NCBI GenBank assembly: GCA_963783575.1
Contig: CAWAOD010000016.1
Location: forward strand, 1 to 64,000
Direction: 5' to 3'
Source: an uncultured Spirochaetota bacterium
GTDB lineage: Bacteria > Spirochaetota > Brevinematia > Brevinematales > JAOACQ01
DNA length: 64,000 bases
How positions within the stretch are numbered: position 1 is the stretch's first letter; each line of letters begins with the position of its first letter. The notes under the pieces are model-generated. The model was given only the letters and a program-made list of their open reading frames with translations. It was not told the origin of the DNA and searched no databases. Shown piece by piece: positions 29,556 through 40,827 of the stretch. The translations under genes and the position numbers were made by a program.

Positions 29556-29978
29556 TTATTGATTTCTAATTGAAACCGGATGATCTTTATTCAATTGCAG
29601 TAAATCCCATAAGTTGCCGTACAAATCTTCAAATACCGCGACTGTTCCATATGATTCTTCTTTGGGTTCCCGAATAAATTTTATTCCTTTATCAATCATA
29701 TTACGATAATCTCTCCAAAAATCATCTGTATTTAGAAAAAGAAATACCCTGCCGCCGGTTTGATTTCCGATAAATTTTTCCTGTTCCGGTTTCGATGCTT
29801 TTGCAATCAATAAAGTTGTCCCCCTTGATCCGGGCGGCGCAATAACAATCCATCTTTTATCCTGAACCGGTTGATATGTATCTTCGATAAGTATAAAATT
29901 CAATTTATTCAAATAGAAATCCAGAGCCTCATCATAATCCTTTACAACAAGAGCGACATGAACGATAGACTGCATCAT
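29556..29978 (-). CDS. VOC/glyoxalase family protein
   Basis: HVALVVKDYDEA, GNQTGGRVFLFL, YGTVAVFEDLYGNLWDL. Confidence 0.92.
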   Translation of the reverse strand: MMQSIVHVALVVKDYDEALDFYLNKLNFILIEDTYQPVQDKRWIVIAPPGSRGTTLLIAKASKPEQEKFIGNQTGGRVFLFLNTDDFWRDYRNMIDKGIKFIREPKEESYGTVAVFEDLYGNLWDLLQLNKDHPVSIRNQ

Positions 29979-30085
29979 TAATTCTCCTGAATTGAATGAA
30001 TTCCAGTTTCAGCTGGACTGTTCATAGATATCCAAATTTGGGATAATTATTTCATATTTTATATTTCCAGACAACTGCAAATTAT

Positions 30086-30621
30086 TTACTTCACCATGGT
30101 TTCCATTATAGTCTTAACTATTTTGGCGGTTAAGCTTTTTATTACATTAATGTCATTTAAGCGGTATTCAGATGTATCTTTCATAGTAGGTTTCGGTCCA
30201 GCCGGCAAGAGATCGGCAATATACAGATCAATGAGTATCGCAGGTTCTTTGCCTACTCTTTTATTCAATTCATCGGCAAGCTTTAGGTTCGGGCCAAGGG
30301 CTCCCCGCTTATTGAGATGTATGCATATTTATATTGGCCGATTTTGGATTTAAGAAGCTTGAAGTATACGCGAAATGGTGAAGCAACTTTACCCATCCAA
30401 ACCGGTCCCACAAATAGAACCAGATCATTATCCTCCACTTTGTCTTCTATTGCGTTTACCTGCGGCGTCCGATTAAACAGCATATCAAATATAATTGTAC
30501 CCATTGTTCGAGGTTTGGATTCGGTGATTTTGATGTGCTTAGCCGTAAACTCTGCGGCTAAACTTTTAGCTAAAGCTTCGTTGTTACCGGTAAATGAATA
30601 AGAAATAACTATAACCTTCAT
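30086..30621 (-). pseudogene. Flavodoxin-like protein split by a one-base frameshift
   Basis: YSFTGNN and GPVWMG motifs. One extra G in the minus-strand G4 run (30303-30306) gives ISISGGALGPNLKLADELNKRVGKEP and fuses both ORFs. Confidence 0.75.
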
Positions 30622-30786
30622 GTTTATACTCCTAAAATGGGCTAATTTGTCTAATTTTATTTTTCCATCTATTAAGCCTTTATCAATATGTTCTTCAACA
30701 AGCGTGCCGCTTGACCCGGGTATGATTCTCCGCAGTTTACTGTGCTACTTATCAAGTTGGCTTTGTGCTATTCTGCATTAATAATA

Positions 30787-30806
30787 CCCCGCAACTTGCT
30801 GCGGGG
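30787..30806. repeat. Palindrome resembling IS200/IS605-type end hairpins
   Basis: aataCCCCGCA-acttgc-TGCGGGG; no transposase nearby. Confidence 0.45.
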
Positions 30807-31263
30807 ACAGCAATTTTCACAATTTTGACAAATAAAGAACCGGCTTTTGTTTAGATTAAAGTATATCATAGTGTATCCACTTTTTCAAAAATCAATATTT
30901 TCAAAAAATGTGACAAGGTAAATGAGATGCAGTGAAACTCTGCCTAACTGTGCCTGAGAACCCACTCTTTTTTCAATGATTATATTATTTGCCTCTATCC
31001 AAACAAATTTTGCGAATTTAAATTTTTTTAATAAGTCATTACGATTCTTATTTTTAATAAGCCCTGGGCTGATCGGCATCATAAAAATAATAATCTAATT
31101 CTTTTTCAAATATTTTAGCTGTATAATTTTTTCCGGCGCCGGCTTTTCCAAAGAAAATTAATAATATTTTATTCATTTCTTCCTAACAGTTTTATTCTTT
31201 GCTATATTTCTTACCAGAGGGTGTGGGCGTACATTTATATTTATATCCTTATATTTTTTAATC

Positions 31264-32079
31264 CTAAAAGTAAAAAACTTTCACTGTACCAATTAAACGT
31301 AAGAAGGATTTGACGGTAACCGCAAAGCGCCCGGGCTGGTCATAGTGGACCCCATGGCCAGCTTCCCGGATTTGTTCAACCTGAAATCTTGGATTAAGAC
31401 GATGCAGCTCTTCGGCAACAACAGACGAAACCACACCTTTATCACCAAATACGAGCAGGCTTGGAACATCAATCGCACTCACTAACTGCATATAGTCGGG
31501 GTTCGGTGGCGTGAGAACGTCGAAAGCGCTCATGCTGGTTTGAAGCCGTGCCCGGGCGATTAGCTCGAGGGTATCCGGTGACCGATCAGGGTGCCTAATC
31601 CGGGATTCTGCAACCACTTCATCCAATGATGAATTTAGAATTCGCCGATGCTGATCGGCCACATCGCTATTACAAACTTCACACTGAACTTTTGGACTCA
31701 AGAACGTTGGATCAGCTAAGATTAGGCCACGGATTAGCTTTTGGCTACGACTTGCTACCACGGCTGCAGTCATACCTCCCATGGAGTGTCCGATCAGAAC
31801 CGGAGGAGGAATTCTTAGAGCTTTTATAAGACCGACGACATCGTTTGCATGGTCTTCGTAACGGTACCCATAATCAGGCACACTCGACTTTCCATGACCC
31901 CTAGCATCCGGCATTATTACGTCATATTCTCCCTCCAGAGCATGTGCCAAAGCAGTCCAGCAGGCTCCATTAGCAGTTAATCCGTGTAGCAAAATTAAAG
32001 GGGATTTGCTTCCTCCGGTTCTCAAGTAGTGTATGTTAATTCCGTTTGTTTCGCAGATTGCCGCGCTCCAGTCGGTCAT
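31264..32079 (-). CDS. Alpha/beta fold hydrolase
   Basis: LLHGLT, DARGHGKS, GHSMGG, AGHGVH. Confidence 0.92.
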   Translation of the reverse strand: MTDWSAAICETNGINIHYLRTGGSKSPLILLHGLTANGACWTALAHALEGEYDVIMPDARGHGKSSVPDYGYRYEDHANDVVGLIKALRIPPPVLIGHSMGGMTAAVVASRSQKLIRGLILADPTFLSPKVQCEVCNSDVADQHRRILNSSLDEVVAESRIRHPDRSPDTLELIARARLQTSMSAFDVLTPPNPDYMQLVSAIDVPSLLVFGDKGVVSSVVAEELHRLNPRFQVEQIREAGHGVHYDQPGRFAVTVKSFLRLIGTVKVFYF

Positions 32080-32502
32080 TTGTAGTCCCCTTCAAGCATA
32101 AGATTCATGGTTTAGTTTGCAATTGATGCCAACGTGGCAGCCGAGACACAGGCGTGAAAATGGCAACTATCTGTGAGTGTAAACTCCGGTGGAAAATTTC
32201 CTAATTTCACCGATTTAGATTTTTCGGTTTTTGGGACAAATATCTCTCCGGCATTTTGACGAATTATTTTATTTATCATCATATTCAATTTGAACTCCTT
32301 TCAGGCCTTTAAATACTATCAACCTCAACTAAAGGAAACTCTGAGAAAAGTGGAATTTCTATTGAATCAAGAAATAGAGTTGATAATTTTTGTAAATTTT
32401 CAGAAATCATTTTGTACCTCAAACATTAAGATTGTGAAACTTTCAGCTAACTCGATATAAACAAAATGATCAATTTTATTATAATTCTTAGTTTCAGTCC
32501 TG

Positions 32503-33411
32503 TCAAAACGTATAATTTAATTTCAATAAATAATCCCCGATAAATCTATCAACAGCCAATAATACGGATAAATGATTTGAATTTTCAATAATCGTGTTGA
32601 AAGAGTGTTTTTTTATATTTTCATCTGGGAAATCCGCATATTTAATTATTTTATCACTGTCAAGCAATTCATCATCTTTACCTGAAATTAAGCAAAATGG
32701 CCTGTCAAGATTTTTAAATTGTTTTTGGGGTGTTAAAGGTGTAATTGCCCAGGTCATATTACATGAATTTGATGTGACCAGCAATGGATTATTTTTAATA
32801 TTTTCGGCAGAATAATTAAATCGGACAGCAATTTTATTTCCAAATAATAGTTTAAATGATAATATGTTAATTAAAAGTGTTAATATTCTTATTTTGGCAA
32901 ATGGATCTTTATTAATTTGATATCTATCAGTCCTGGATTTATAACCGAATTTTGGTGATATGAAAATATAAGCGTCTACCGGAGATTTATATTTCCAGGA
33001 TGAATAATTTAAAACCAATCCGCCGCCAGATGAATGACCGCCAAGAACTAAGGGAATTTGGGGATTATTTTTTCTAATATAATCAACAAATAACTTTATA
33101 TCTTTCCAGATTTGTTGTGTTGCAGGTGTACCGCCTCTTTCACCTTTTGATTTTCCATGTCCGCGTAAATCAATAAGATAAACATTTATATTATATTTAC
33201 TTTTCAGTCCATTTGCTAAATGTTGATAACCTGCCCCGCTATAAGCGCCGCCCCCATGAATAAATATTAAGGAACAAAAAGGTTTAGAAATGGCTAAAAA
33301 TGAATAATAAGCTAATTCAACATTGTCATTAGATTTAAAATATTCCGGTTCATCCATTTCAATAAATGGAGCATCAATGATTTCTTTAATCGAAAACGGT
33401 TCTTTTTCCAT
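32503..33411 (-). CDS. Alpha/beta hydrolase (lysophospholipase-like)
   Basis: FIHGGG, DLRGHGKS, GHSSGG, C-terminal His (SNHL). Confidence 0.9.
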   Translation of the reverse strand: MEKEPFSIKEIIDAPFIEMDEPEYFKSNDNVELAYYSFLAISKPFCSLIFIHGGGAYSGAGYQHLANGLKSKYNINVYLIDLRGHGKSKGERGGTPATQQIWKDIKLFVDYIRKNNPQIPLVLGGHSSGGGLVLNYSSWKYKSPVDAYIFISPKFGYKSRTDRYQINKDPFAKIRILTLLINILSFKLLFGNKIAVRFNYSAENIKNNPLLVTSNSCNMTWAITPLTPQKQFKNLDRPFCLISGKDDELLDSDKIIKYADFPDENIKKHSFNTIIENSNHLSVLLAVDRFIGDYLLKLNYTF

Positions 33412-33480
33412 AAAATATAACTCCTATTTAATTAAAAGCCCGCGATTGACAATTGCATACAACTCGAAATAACCAGTTTT

Positions 33481-33509
33481 ATTATAATACTTCGTATATA
33501 TCCTGTCAA
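33481..33509 (-). promoter_or_regulatory. Consensus sigma70 promoter
   Basis: Minus strand TTGACA-N17-TATAAT upstream of 33411. Confidence 0.7.
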
Positions 33510-33723
33510 TGCTGATGAGCTTATATTAAAAATATCATATTTTTTGATGGCCGGATATTAAACTAAATTTTAATTATTACCACAAAATTTTAAATGAGAT
33601 TAAAACTAATTGACTTTCGACTAACAGACTAATCGACTTTCTCTACTAATTTAATTCCTGAAAATTATTTAAAAAAAAAGAAAAGATGTTATGATTAATG
33701 CTAAAAAATTCGGGAGGTTTATT

Positions 33724-35830
33724 ATGGGGAAAATTTATGACCCAAAATTTATCAGAAACATCAGTATTTCGGGCGCCCCTAACGTAGGTAAAACCACACT
33801 TGCCGAAGCCCTGCTTTTCGCCAGCGGCCAGATCAGCCAGATGGGCAGCGTGGACAAGGGTACCACAATTATGGATTTTGACGATGAAGAGATCGCGAAA
33901 AAAATGTCCTTGCGCAGCTCTCTTGCTTTTACAGAATGGAAAGAGATCAAAATTAATATGATTGATACTCCCGGGATTCCGGATCTTGTAGCGGAAGTAA
34001 GAAGCGCTTTTCGAGTCACTGAAGGAATCGTTTTTGTCGTCAGCGCGGCCGACGGGATCACTATCGATACGGAAAAGGACTTGGCATTTTGCCGACGATT
34101 ACAAAATTGCCAGGATTATCTTTATCAATAAAATGGATGATGAAGCGGCTGACTTTTATACGCTGGCGGACACTCTGACAAATAAATTCAAAAAACCGGT
34201 CATACCGATAGAGTTACCGATAGGGAAAGGGAAGGACTTTAAAGGAACCGTTGACCTTGTTCATATGAAAGCTGTTTACCTGGATAAAAATGGCATCAAA
34301 ACGGGGGAAATTCCCCCGGATATGATGGGTAAAGTTAAGGAATACCGTGAAAAATTATTCGATGTAGTTGCGGAAACTGACGACGCGCTGATCGAAAAAT
34401 TTCTGAATGGAGAAGAATTATCCGCGGATGAAGTTGAGAACGGCGTTAAAACCTGTACTCTGAACAACAAATTTATCCCCATTGTCTGCGGATCGGCGTT
34501 AAATAATGTTGGAATATCGATGCTGCTGGACAGTATTATATCTTTCCTGCCGTCGCCACTTTATATCGGCGAGGTCAGCGGCCAGGACACTTATAACGGA
34601 GGCCAGACGGTCAAACGCCATCCCGATCCGTCGGAACCTTTCAGCGGGTTTATTTTTAAGACTAGAATTGATCCGTTCGCCGGAAAAATCTCTTTCTGCA
34701 GGATTCGTTCAGGTATACTCAATACCGGCGATGATATTTATAATGTTAATAAAAACACAAAAGAAAAAATAGCGCATATTTATATGATAAACGGTAAAAA
34801 TATGAAGGAAATCCAGACTCTGGAAGCGGGAGATATAGCCGTTCTGACAAAGATAGATTCCCTTGAAACTGGAAATACTGTCACTGAACCGACTAAACCC
34901 CTGATTTATGAACCGATCAGGCTTCCCAGCCCCTCGTATTTTGTCGGCATTCATTCTACCGATAGAAAATCTTCGGATAAACTTGGTGAGGTTTTCCACA
35001 CAATAAGCCAGGAAGACCAGACTTTCAAATACGGTTATAACGACATTACAAAGGAAATGGTTGTGTCCTGCATCGGTGAAATCCAGGCAAGGATCATCTT
35101 TGATATGATCAAGCATAAGTTCAAGCTCAGCTTTGATACCAGGGTTCCCCGTGTTGCATTTAAAGAAACCATTTCTGCAAAAGCGGAAGGCCATTACAAG
35201 CATAAAAAGCAAAGCGGGGGTCATGGCCAATATGGGGATGTATATCTCAGGATCGAACCGCTTGCCAGGAATGCAGGCTTTGAATTCAAAGAGGAGATTT
35301 TTGGCGGATCGATACCTAAGAATTTTGTTCCCGCAATTGAAAAAGGCGCAATCGAGGCCTGCGAAAGCGGGTTCATAGCTAATTTCCCGGTAGTCGATCT
35401 TTGTGTTACGGTTTATGACGGCTCCTTCCATGAGGTTGATTCATCTGATATGGCATTCAGGATAGCGGGTTTGCACGCAACAAAACTGGCTATTGAAGCG
35501 GCAAAGCCTGTTATTCTTGAACCTATAGCCAAAGTCAGGATTTATGTCGATGAGAACGATATCGGAAATGTTATGGGTGACCTCGGTACAAAGCGTGGTA
35601 AAGTCCTGGGTATGGATAAAATTTCGGAAGATACAACGGTAATCAACGCGACAGCGCCTTACAGTGAAATGCTGTCTTATTCCCCGACATTAAACAGCCT
35701 CACAAGCGGAAGGGGAAGGTTTGAGATGGAAATTGACCATTATGATGTCCTGCCTCAAGGCGATTACGAAAAAGCTAAAAAGCAGGCTGAAGAAGTAAAG
35801 AAAGAAGAGGAAGAAAGTAAAAATAATTAA
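33724..35830 (+). CDS. fusA: Elongation factor G paralogue (EF-G2), frameshifted near 34077
   Basis: GAPNVGKTT, DTPG, NKMD, KKQSGGHGQYG, DGSFHEVDSS. Removing one G at 34077-34078 gives IDTEKTWHFADDY and joins the two ORFs. Confidence 0.9.
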
Positions 35831-35846
35831 TTTCAGGAAATATCAT

Positions 35847-35875
35847 AAAAAAACCCCTCCGGTTCCGGAGGGGTT
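35847..35875 (-). terminator. Rho-independent terminator of hup (possibly bidirectional)
   Basis: AACCCCTCCGG-tt-CCGGAGGGGTT with an A-tract on the left (U-tail on the minus strand), between convergent genes. Confidence 0.8.
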
Positions 35876-35930
35876 CTCCTGGCTGTAAATACCAGTAAAT
35901 AAAATTCAAAATTAGAATCGCAGGTTTGCT

Positions 35931-36209
35931 TTACTTCTTTGCAACAGCGTCTTTTAAAGCCTTTCCAGCTTTAAAAACGGGAACTTTGCGCGCTGCGATC
36001 TTTATCTCTGCACCAGTCTGAGGATTGCGGCCCTTGCGAGCTTCTCTTTTCCTAACCTCAAAAGTACCAAAACCGACTAACTGAACCTTGTCTCCTTTTG
36101 AAAGACTGCCTGTCATTGCAGCAAGTGTAGCGGCAATAGCCTCTCCGGAACTTTTCTTGGTTAAACCGGTCTTTTCGGCAACTTTGTCGATAAGTTCTGT
36201 TTTCGTCAT
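35931..36209 (-). CDS. hup: DNA-binding protein HU
   Basis: [36 protein letters not shown]. Confidence 0.97.
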   Translation of the reverse strand: MTKTELIDKVAEKTGLTKKSSGEAIAATLAAMTGSLSKGDKVQLVGFGTFEVRKREARKGRNPQTGAEIKIAARKVPVFKAGKALKDAVAKK

Positions 36210-36253
36210 AACAACCTCTCCTTTATAAATTTTATAAATTTTCTAATAAACTC

Positions 36254-36282
36254 ATTATAGCTAAATTTTTTAAAAAAAGCAA
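36254..36282 (-). promoter_or_regulatory. Sigma70-type promoter of hup
   Basis: Minus strand TTGCTT-N17-TATAAT. Confidence 0.6.
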
Positions 36283-36532
36283 TAGTAAATACATCTATAA
36301 TAGCGAAAATATTCATTCTATGACCGTAAGTCACCCGGGAATACCAGTTTTCGGGCATTCTATGAATACATGATCATCATTTTCGCTATATTATATAATT
36401 TTATAATCATTTATGCAATCAATTGTTGAATTATTTTTTAAAAAAATACATATATGTTAAGATTTGTTTCCGATCAAATTCTTTAAAATAATCAAAAAAT
36501 AAAGTAAAATATTCAATGAGTAATTATGAATA

Positions 36533-36567
36533 TTGCGACTAATGACTAGAGACAAGTAACTAGTGAC
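36533..36567. repeat. Degenerate heptamer tandem repeat (x5)
   Basis: ttgcgac taatgac tagagac aagtaac tagtgac, just upstream of an RBS. Confidence 0.55.
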
Positions 36568-36584
36568 TATATAGAGGGGATTAT

Positions 36585-37496
36585 ATGATTTCCGTCAAAA
36601 ATGTCTCCAAATTCTACGGCAGTTTTTTAGCCCTGGATCATATCAATTTTAATGTCGGCGAGGGTGAAATTGTGGCTTTCCTTGGTCCAAACGGGGCCGG
36701 AAAAACAACAACCATGAGGATACTTACCGGGTTCATGCCCCCAAGCGAGGGGGAGGTTTTGATTGATGGGCTTGATGTTTTTAATGAGCCTGTGAAAGTA
36801 AAGTCTATTCTCGGGTATCTTCCCGAAAATCCGCCGCTCTATCCCGAATTGACCGTATATGAATTCCTGTTTTTTGTAGCGGAATTAAAGAAGGTTGATA
36901 AAAAGATCATCCGTAAAAGAGTTGAAGAATCCATTGAATTTTCTGATCTAGCCGATAGAAGGGATACAATTATCGGCCTTCTTTCAAAGGGTTTAAAGCA
37001 GAGGGTAGGGATTGCCCAGAGTATCGTCAATTCGCCCAAGGTTTTGATCCTCGACGAACCTACAGTAGGCCTCGATCCAAGGCAGGTTGTGGATATGAGG
37101 AACTTTATAAAGAATCTTGCAAGATTTGAAAATAGAACCATTATACTTTCAACGCACATCCTGGCCGAAGCCGAAGAAATATGCGGGAAAGCCATAATCA
37201 TCAACAACGGTAAAATCGCCGCCGTCGATTCAATTGAGAACCTCAGGAATAAGCAGATCGGCGATATAAAAATTGTTGTCAAAACAGCAAGGCGGGCAGA
37301 CAGCCTTGTTAATGAACTGAAAAAAATCGATAAAATAAAAAAGATCGATCTGAATGACAATGAAATTATAATTTCTGCCTCGGGAGATGTAAGAGAAGAT
37401 ATTTCTAAAATGGTTGTGGAATGCGGCGCCGGATTGTTAGAACTAACAAAAAGCACGGATTCCCTTGAGGATGTATTTATCAAACTGGTGCAGTAG
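36585..37496 (+). CDS. ABC transporter ATP-binding protein (GldA-like)
   Basis: GPNGAGKTT, LSKGLKQRV, ILDEPTVGLDP. Confidence 0.93.
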   Translation: MISVKNVSKFYGSFLALDHINFNVGEGEIVAFLGPNGAGKTTTMRILTGFMPPSEGEVLIDGLDVFNEPVKVKSILGYLPENPPLYPELTVYEFLFFVAELKKVDKKIIRKRVEESIEFSDLADRRDTIIGLLSKGLKQRVGIAQSIVNSPKVLILDEPTVGLDPRQVVDMRNFIKNLARFENRTIILSTHILAEAEEICGKAIIINNGKIAAVDSIENLRNKQIGDIKIVVKTARRADSLVNELKKIDKIKKIDLNDNEIIISASGDVREDISKMVVECGAGLLELTKSTDSLEDVFIKLVQ

Positions 37497-37507
37497 GAGA
37501 AGAGATT

Positions 37508-38212
37508 ATGCTGGCAATTTATAAAAAGGAACTGAAGGTATATTTCACTTCAATACTCGGCTATACCGTTATGGGGATATATTTATTGATCGGAGGGATA
37601 TTTTTTTACGGGTATTTCCTCGGACCACAAAACACAAGTGATTTTGCGGGATTTTTCGAGGATATGAACACTGCCTTTTTATTCATTATACCGATATTAA
37701 CATTGCGTATACTTGCCGAGGATAAAAAACTTGGCACTTATGAACTTTTGATAACTTCGCCGGTTTCATCCTGGGAAATCATCATAGGTAAATTTCTGGG
37801 AGTATTTACATTTGTATTTATCGGTGTAACGATACTTCTGTTTTATCCGGCAGTCCTTAATTTTTATACGGGGGTAGAATGGGGAGCGGTTGCGGCCGGC
37901 TATCTCGGCATTTTGTTTTCGATCGCTTTTTTTATCTCGGTGGGAATGTTTGCTTCATCATTGACGGATAATTACGTTGTCGCCGGGCTTATATCCTACG
38001 GTTTGTTTTTATTCCTATATATGGTTTCTTTTTTCGGGAACGCTCCGGACAGCGCATTTTCCAGAATATTCAAGGAAATATCGTATTCGGTCCATTACAG
38101 CCAGTTCGCAGCCGGTCTTATCAAGATAAAAGACCTTCTGTATTTTTTGATCGGTACATTTATATGGCTCTATCTTGCTAAATCAGTAGTCGAATCTAAA
38201 ACCTGGAAATAA
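37508..38212 (+). CDS. ABC-2 permease (GldF-like)
   Basis: KKELKVYF, AEDKKLGTYELLITSP, IIIGKF; multiple TM segments. Confidence 0.88.
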   Translation: MLAIYKKELKVYFTSILGYTVMGIYLLIGGIFFYGYFLGPQNTSDFAGFFEDMNTAFLFIIPILTLRILAEDKKLGTYELLITSPVSSWEIIIGKFLGVFTFVFIGVTILLFYPAVLNFYTGVEWGAVAAGYLGILFSIAFFISVGMFASSLTDNYVVAGLISYGLFLFLYMVSFFGNAPDSAFSRIFKEISYSVHYSQFAAGLIKIKDLLYFLIGTFIWLYLAKSVVESKTWK

Positions 38213-38224
38213 GGAGCTTTCGCT

Positions 38225-39853
38225 ATGCAGAGAATTAAATTCATAACTATTATTTTAACCCTTTCTTTATTGTTATTATCGATCATTTTTTATATAATTT
38301 TCGGGATTTACGTGATTCCGGCCGAAATAAGCTACATTGCGACATTTATCACAATAATATTTTACCTTGTCTTAAACTGGAACGAGATTGTCCGTTTTAT
38401 AAAAAAATCAAATTCTCAAACCGGTATGTACAAAGCCGCCCAGTTTTTGATAATTTTTGGGATCCTTATTTTTGTTTATCTTATATCCGACACATTGTCC
38501 TGGAAACTTGACCTTACAGAATCCAGGCTGTACACACTTTCCGATGAAACCGTCAAGGTTCTTCAGGGCATAACAAATAATCTGTCAATACTTTATTTTA
38601 AACCGGCGGCTCTGACAGGGCCTTATTTTGACTATCAGGAAAATCTTTTAAAAGCATATATCGAAAAAAACAATAAGCTGAAGTTGACAAAAATTGATCC
38701 ATACCAGAATAGGGCTATGGCAGTAGATTATGATATTAAGGAAGATGCGACCGTTGTTTTTGAGTATAACGGCAGTAAGGCTTATATTCCTTTTAAGAAT
38801 ATTGTTGAAATGGACAGGGATACCGGTAAAGTTAATTATAAAGGCGAACAGGCTTTTACGGGTGCCATAAAGAGCCTCTCATTAAGTAAACCGAAAATCG
38901 TTTACGTTTTGTCCGGGCATGGGGAGATAAATCCCAATGACCGTTCAAACAGGGGTTATCAAAATATTTTTACAAGAATGTCCCAGGACAATATTAAGTT
39001 GAACCAGTTAAATCTTTTAAAGACGCCTGAAATACCTGAAAACTGCAGTCTTCTAATTATTGGAAATCCGGTTCATACATTTGCCGTTGATGAACTTGAC
39101 AGGATAAACACTTATATCGCGGAGGGCGGTAATGTTCTTGTTCTGCTTGAGTATGAAACACATATTACCATTAACGATATTCTCAGGCAGATGGGCCTGT
39201 TTTACATCCAGAACCTGGTTATAGAGGATCAGGATTACAATCCGCAGCTTGGCAAAACCACAATTATCCCGAATTATATCGGCAGTGAAATTACCCTACC
39301 TCTGGCAAAAAAAAATATCCCGGTAATTATGCCGACGGCGGTAGGCATTCAGGTACTTGATGAAAAATTCAGGGTTTCAAAAGATAAATACGAAATCACG
39401 CCTCTTTTGGTAACATCAAAATCATCTTACGGTGAGATTTCATCAAATGAGATTTTATCCGGTAAAGTATCGCAGGATAAAAACGACCTCAAAGGTCCTT
39501 TGACAATTGCATACGCTGTAAAAAGATTTATAACGAATATAACTTCTGTAAAAAATTCTGAGGAAACGAATGTTGTTGAATCAAGAATGGTGGCTTTCGG
39601 AGATTCGGATTTTATAAATAACACTTATGATGAAAAATATGGAAATTCCGATCTCTTCCTTAACGCCGTCAATTTCCTTCTGAAAAGGGAAGCCGGGATA
39701 ACCATCAGGCCGAAAACTTCCGAAGTCACAGGCTTCCAGCTCACAGGTTCAGAGAGAAGGTTTTTAACAATCTTCGCTTTTGCTTTAGGATTTTTCTACA
39801 TAATTCCTGGATTGATTATAATAATCCGAAGAAGAAGCCATGTTAAGGGATAA
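38225..39853 (+). CDS. GldG-family ABC auxiliary protein
   Basis: DLTESRLYTLS, LSGHGE, FGDSDF, N.DLFLNAVNFL. Confidence 0.88.
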   Translation: MQRIKFITIILTLSLLLLSIIFYIIFGIYVIPAEISYIATFITIIFYLVLNWNEIVRFIKKSNSQTGMYKAAQFLIIFGILIFVYLISDTLSWKLDLTESRLYTLSDETVKVLQGITNNLSILYFKPAALTGPYFDYQENLLKAYIEKNNKLKLTKIDPYQNRAMAVDYDIKEDATVVFEYNGSKAYIPFKNIVEMDRDTGKVNYKGEQAFTGAIKSLSLSKPKIVYVLSGHGEINPNDRSNRGYQNIFTRMSQDNIKLNQLNLLKTPEIPENCSLLIIGNPVHTFAVDELDRINTYIAEGGNVLVLLEYETHITINDILRQMGLFYIQNLVIEDQDYNPQLGKTTIIPNYIGSEITLPLAKKNIPVIMPTAVGIQVLDEKFRVSKDKYEITPLLVTSKSSYGEISSNEILSGKVSQDKNDLKGPLTIAYAVKRFITNITSVKNSEETNVVESRMVAFGDSDFINNTYDEKYGNSDLFLNAVNFLLKREAGITIRPKTSEVTGFQLTGSERRFLTIFAFALGFFYIIPGLIIIIRRRSHVKG

Positions 39854-39865
39854 AGGGCGGATTCA

Positions 39866-40534
39866 ATGATTGATGCAAATTCGACCGGAACAATTGTAAA
39901 AATGCTGAATATTTTAAGAGAAGAGTACAAAACCTGGCATGCGCCGATTATAACATATATAAAAAATTCGAGGGGTACTCCTTACAAAATCCTCATTTCA
40001 ACGATCTTGAGCCTCAGGACAAAAGACGAAACTACCGCCGCCGCCGTGAAAAGGCTTTTTGAAAACATTAAAACGCCAGAAGATATGCTCCGGCTTAGGG
40101 AAGCTGAAATCAGCAGGCTTATATACCCGGTCGGGTTCTACAAAACAAAGGCGAAAAGGATACTTGAAATATCTAAAATCCTGATGGAAAAATATAAGTC
40201 AAAAGTTCCGGAAACTCTGGAAGAACTTCTTGAATTGAAAGGTGTCGGAAGGAAAACTGCCAATCTGGTTATCACGCTTGGGTTTAATAAACCGGGAATA
40301 TGCGTAGATACTCACGTCCATAGAATTTCAAACCGCTGGGGATATGTCAGTACAAAAACTCCTGAAAAAACTGAATTTGCCCTAAGGGACAAACTTCCAC
40401 CGGAATGGTGGATCGAGTATAATGACATTCTGGTCGCTTTCGGGCAAACAATCTGTAAGCCCCTGTCTCCCTTTTGCTCAAAATGTCCCGTTAATGAATT
40501 TTGCCCGCGGATCGGAGTTGAAAAAAGCAGGTAA
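39866..40534 (+). CDS. nth: Endonuclease III
   Basis: HhH motif [20 protein letters not shown], Fe-S motif [17 protein letters not shown]. Confidence 0.95.
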   Translation: MIDANSTGTIVKMLNILREEYKTWHAPIITYIKNSRGTPYKILISTILSLRTKDETTAAAVKRLFENIKTPEDMLRLREAEISRLIYPVGFYKTKAKRILEISKILMEKYKSKVPETLEELLELKGVGRKTANLVITLGFNKPGICVDTHVHRISNRWGYVSTKTPEKTEFALRDKLPPEWWIEYNDILVAFGQTICKPLSPFCSKCPVNEFCPRIGVEKSR

Positions 40535-40653
40535 ACAAATAATAACACCCCACCTGGGATGGCTATTATTCACCGGCATCTGGAGGATTTTATGATGACC
40601 CGGCGTTTTCGGTAACCGCCACTCCAATGGGGTGTTTTAAATATCAAACCACT

Positions 40654-40827
40654 TCATTCCTTACAGGCATGGCTTTCATTCTTCATTTTTAAATATTTTA
40701 CCGGATTATCTGAAAATAGTTCTTTGCATTCGCTTGAGCAGAAGTAATAAGACTTACCCGAATAATCAACCTTTTCAGACTTATCGGTATCCACTTCCAT
40801 CCCGCATACTTGATCAACTGCTTTCAT
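40654..40827 (-). CDS. YHS domain protein
   Basis: DQVCGMEV...YYFCSSECKELF..NP.KY. Confidence 0.85.
   Translation of the reverse strand: MKAVDQVCGMEVDTDKSEKVDYSGKSYYFCSSECKELFSDNPVKYLKMKNESHACKE

Noticed and set aside
30745..30780. CTTATCAAG as the start of a SAM-I riboswitch
   Set aside because: The following SAM-I core (GAGGGA, GCAACC, GTGC) is absent and no sulfur gene follows.
30940..32140. GCCTAAC, CCTAAC and GCCAAC as integron cassette boundaries
   Set aside because: No paired inverse sites or attC hairpins could be built, and there is no integrase.
34070..34085. Programmed frameshift in EF-G2
   Set aside because: It would need a +1 shift with no evident stimulatory signal; a sequencing indel is more parsimonious given three similar events.
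36585..39853. Gliding motility system
   Set aside because: GldA/F/G-like ABC modules are widespread in non-gliding bacteria, and no other gld or spr genes are present.
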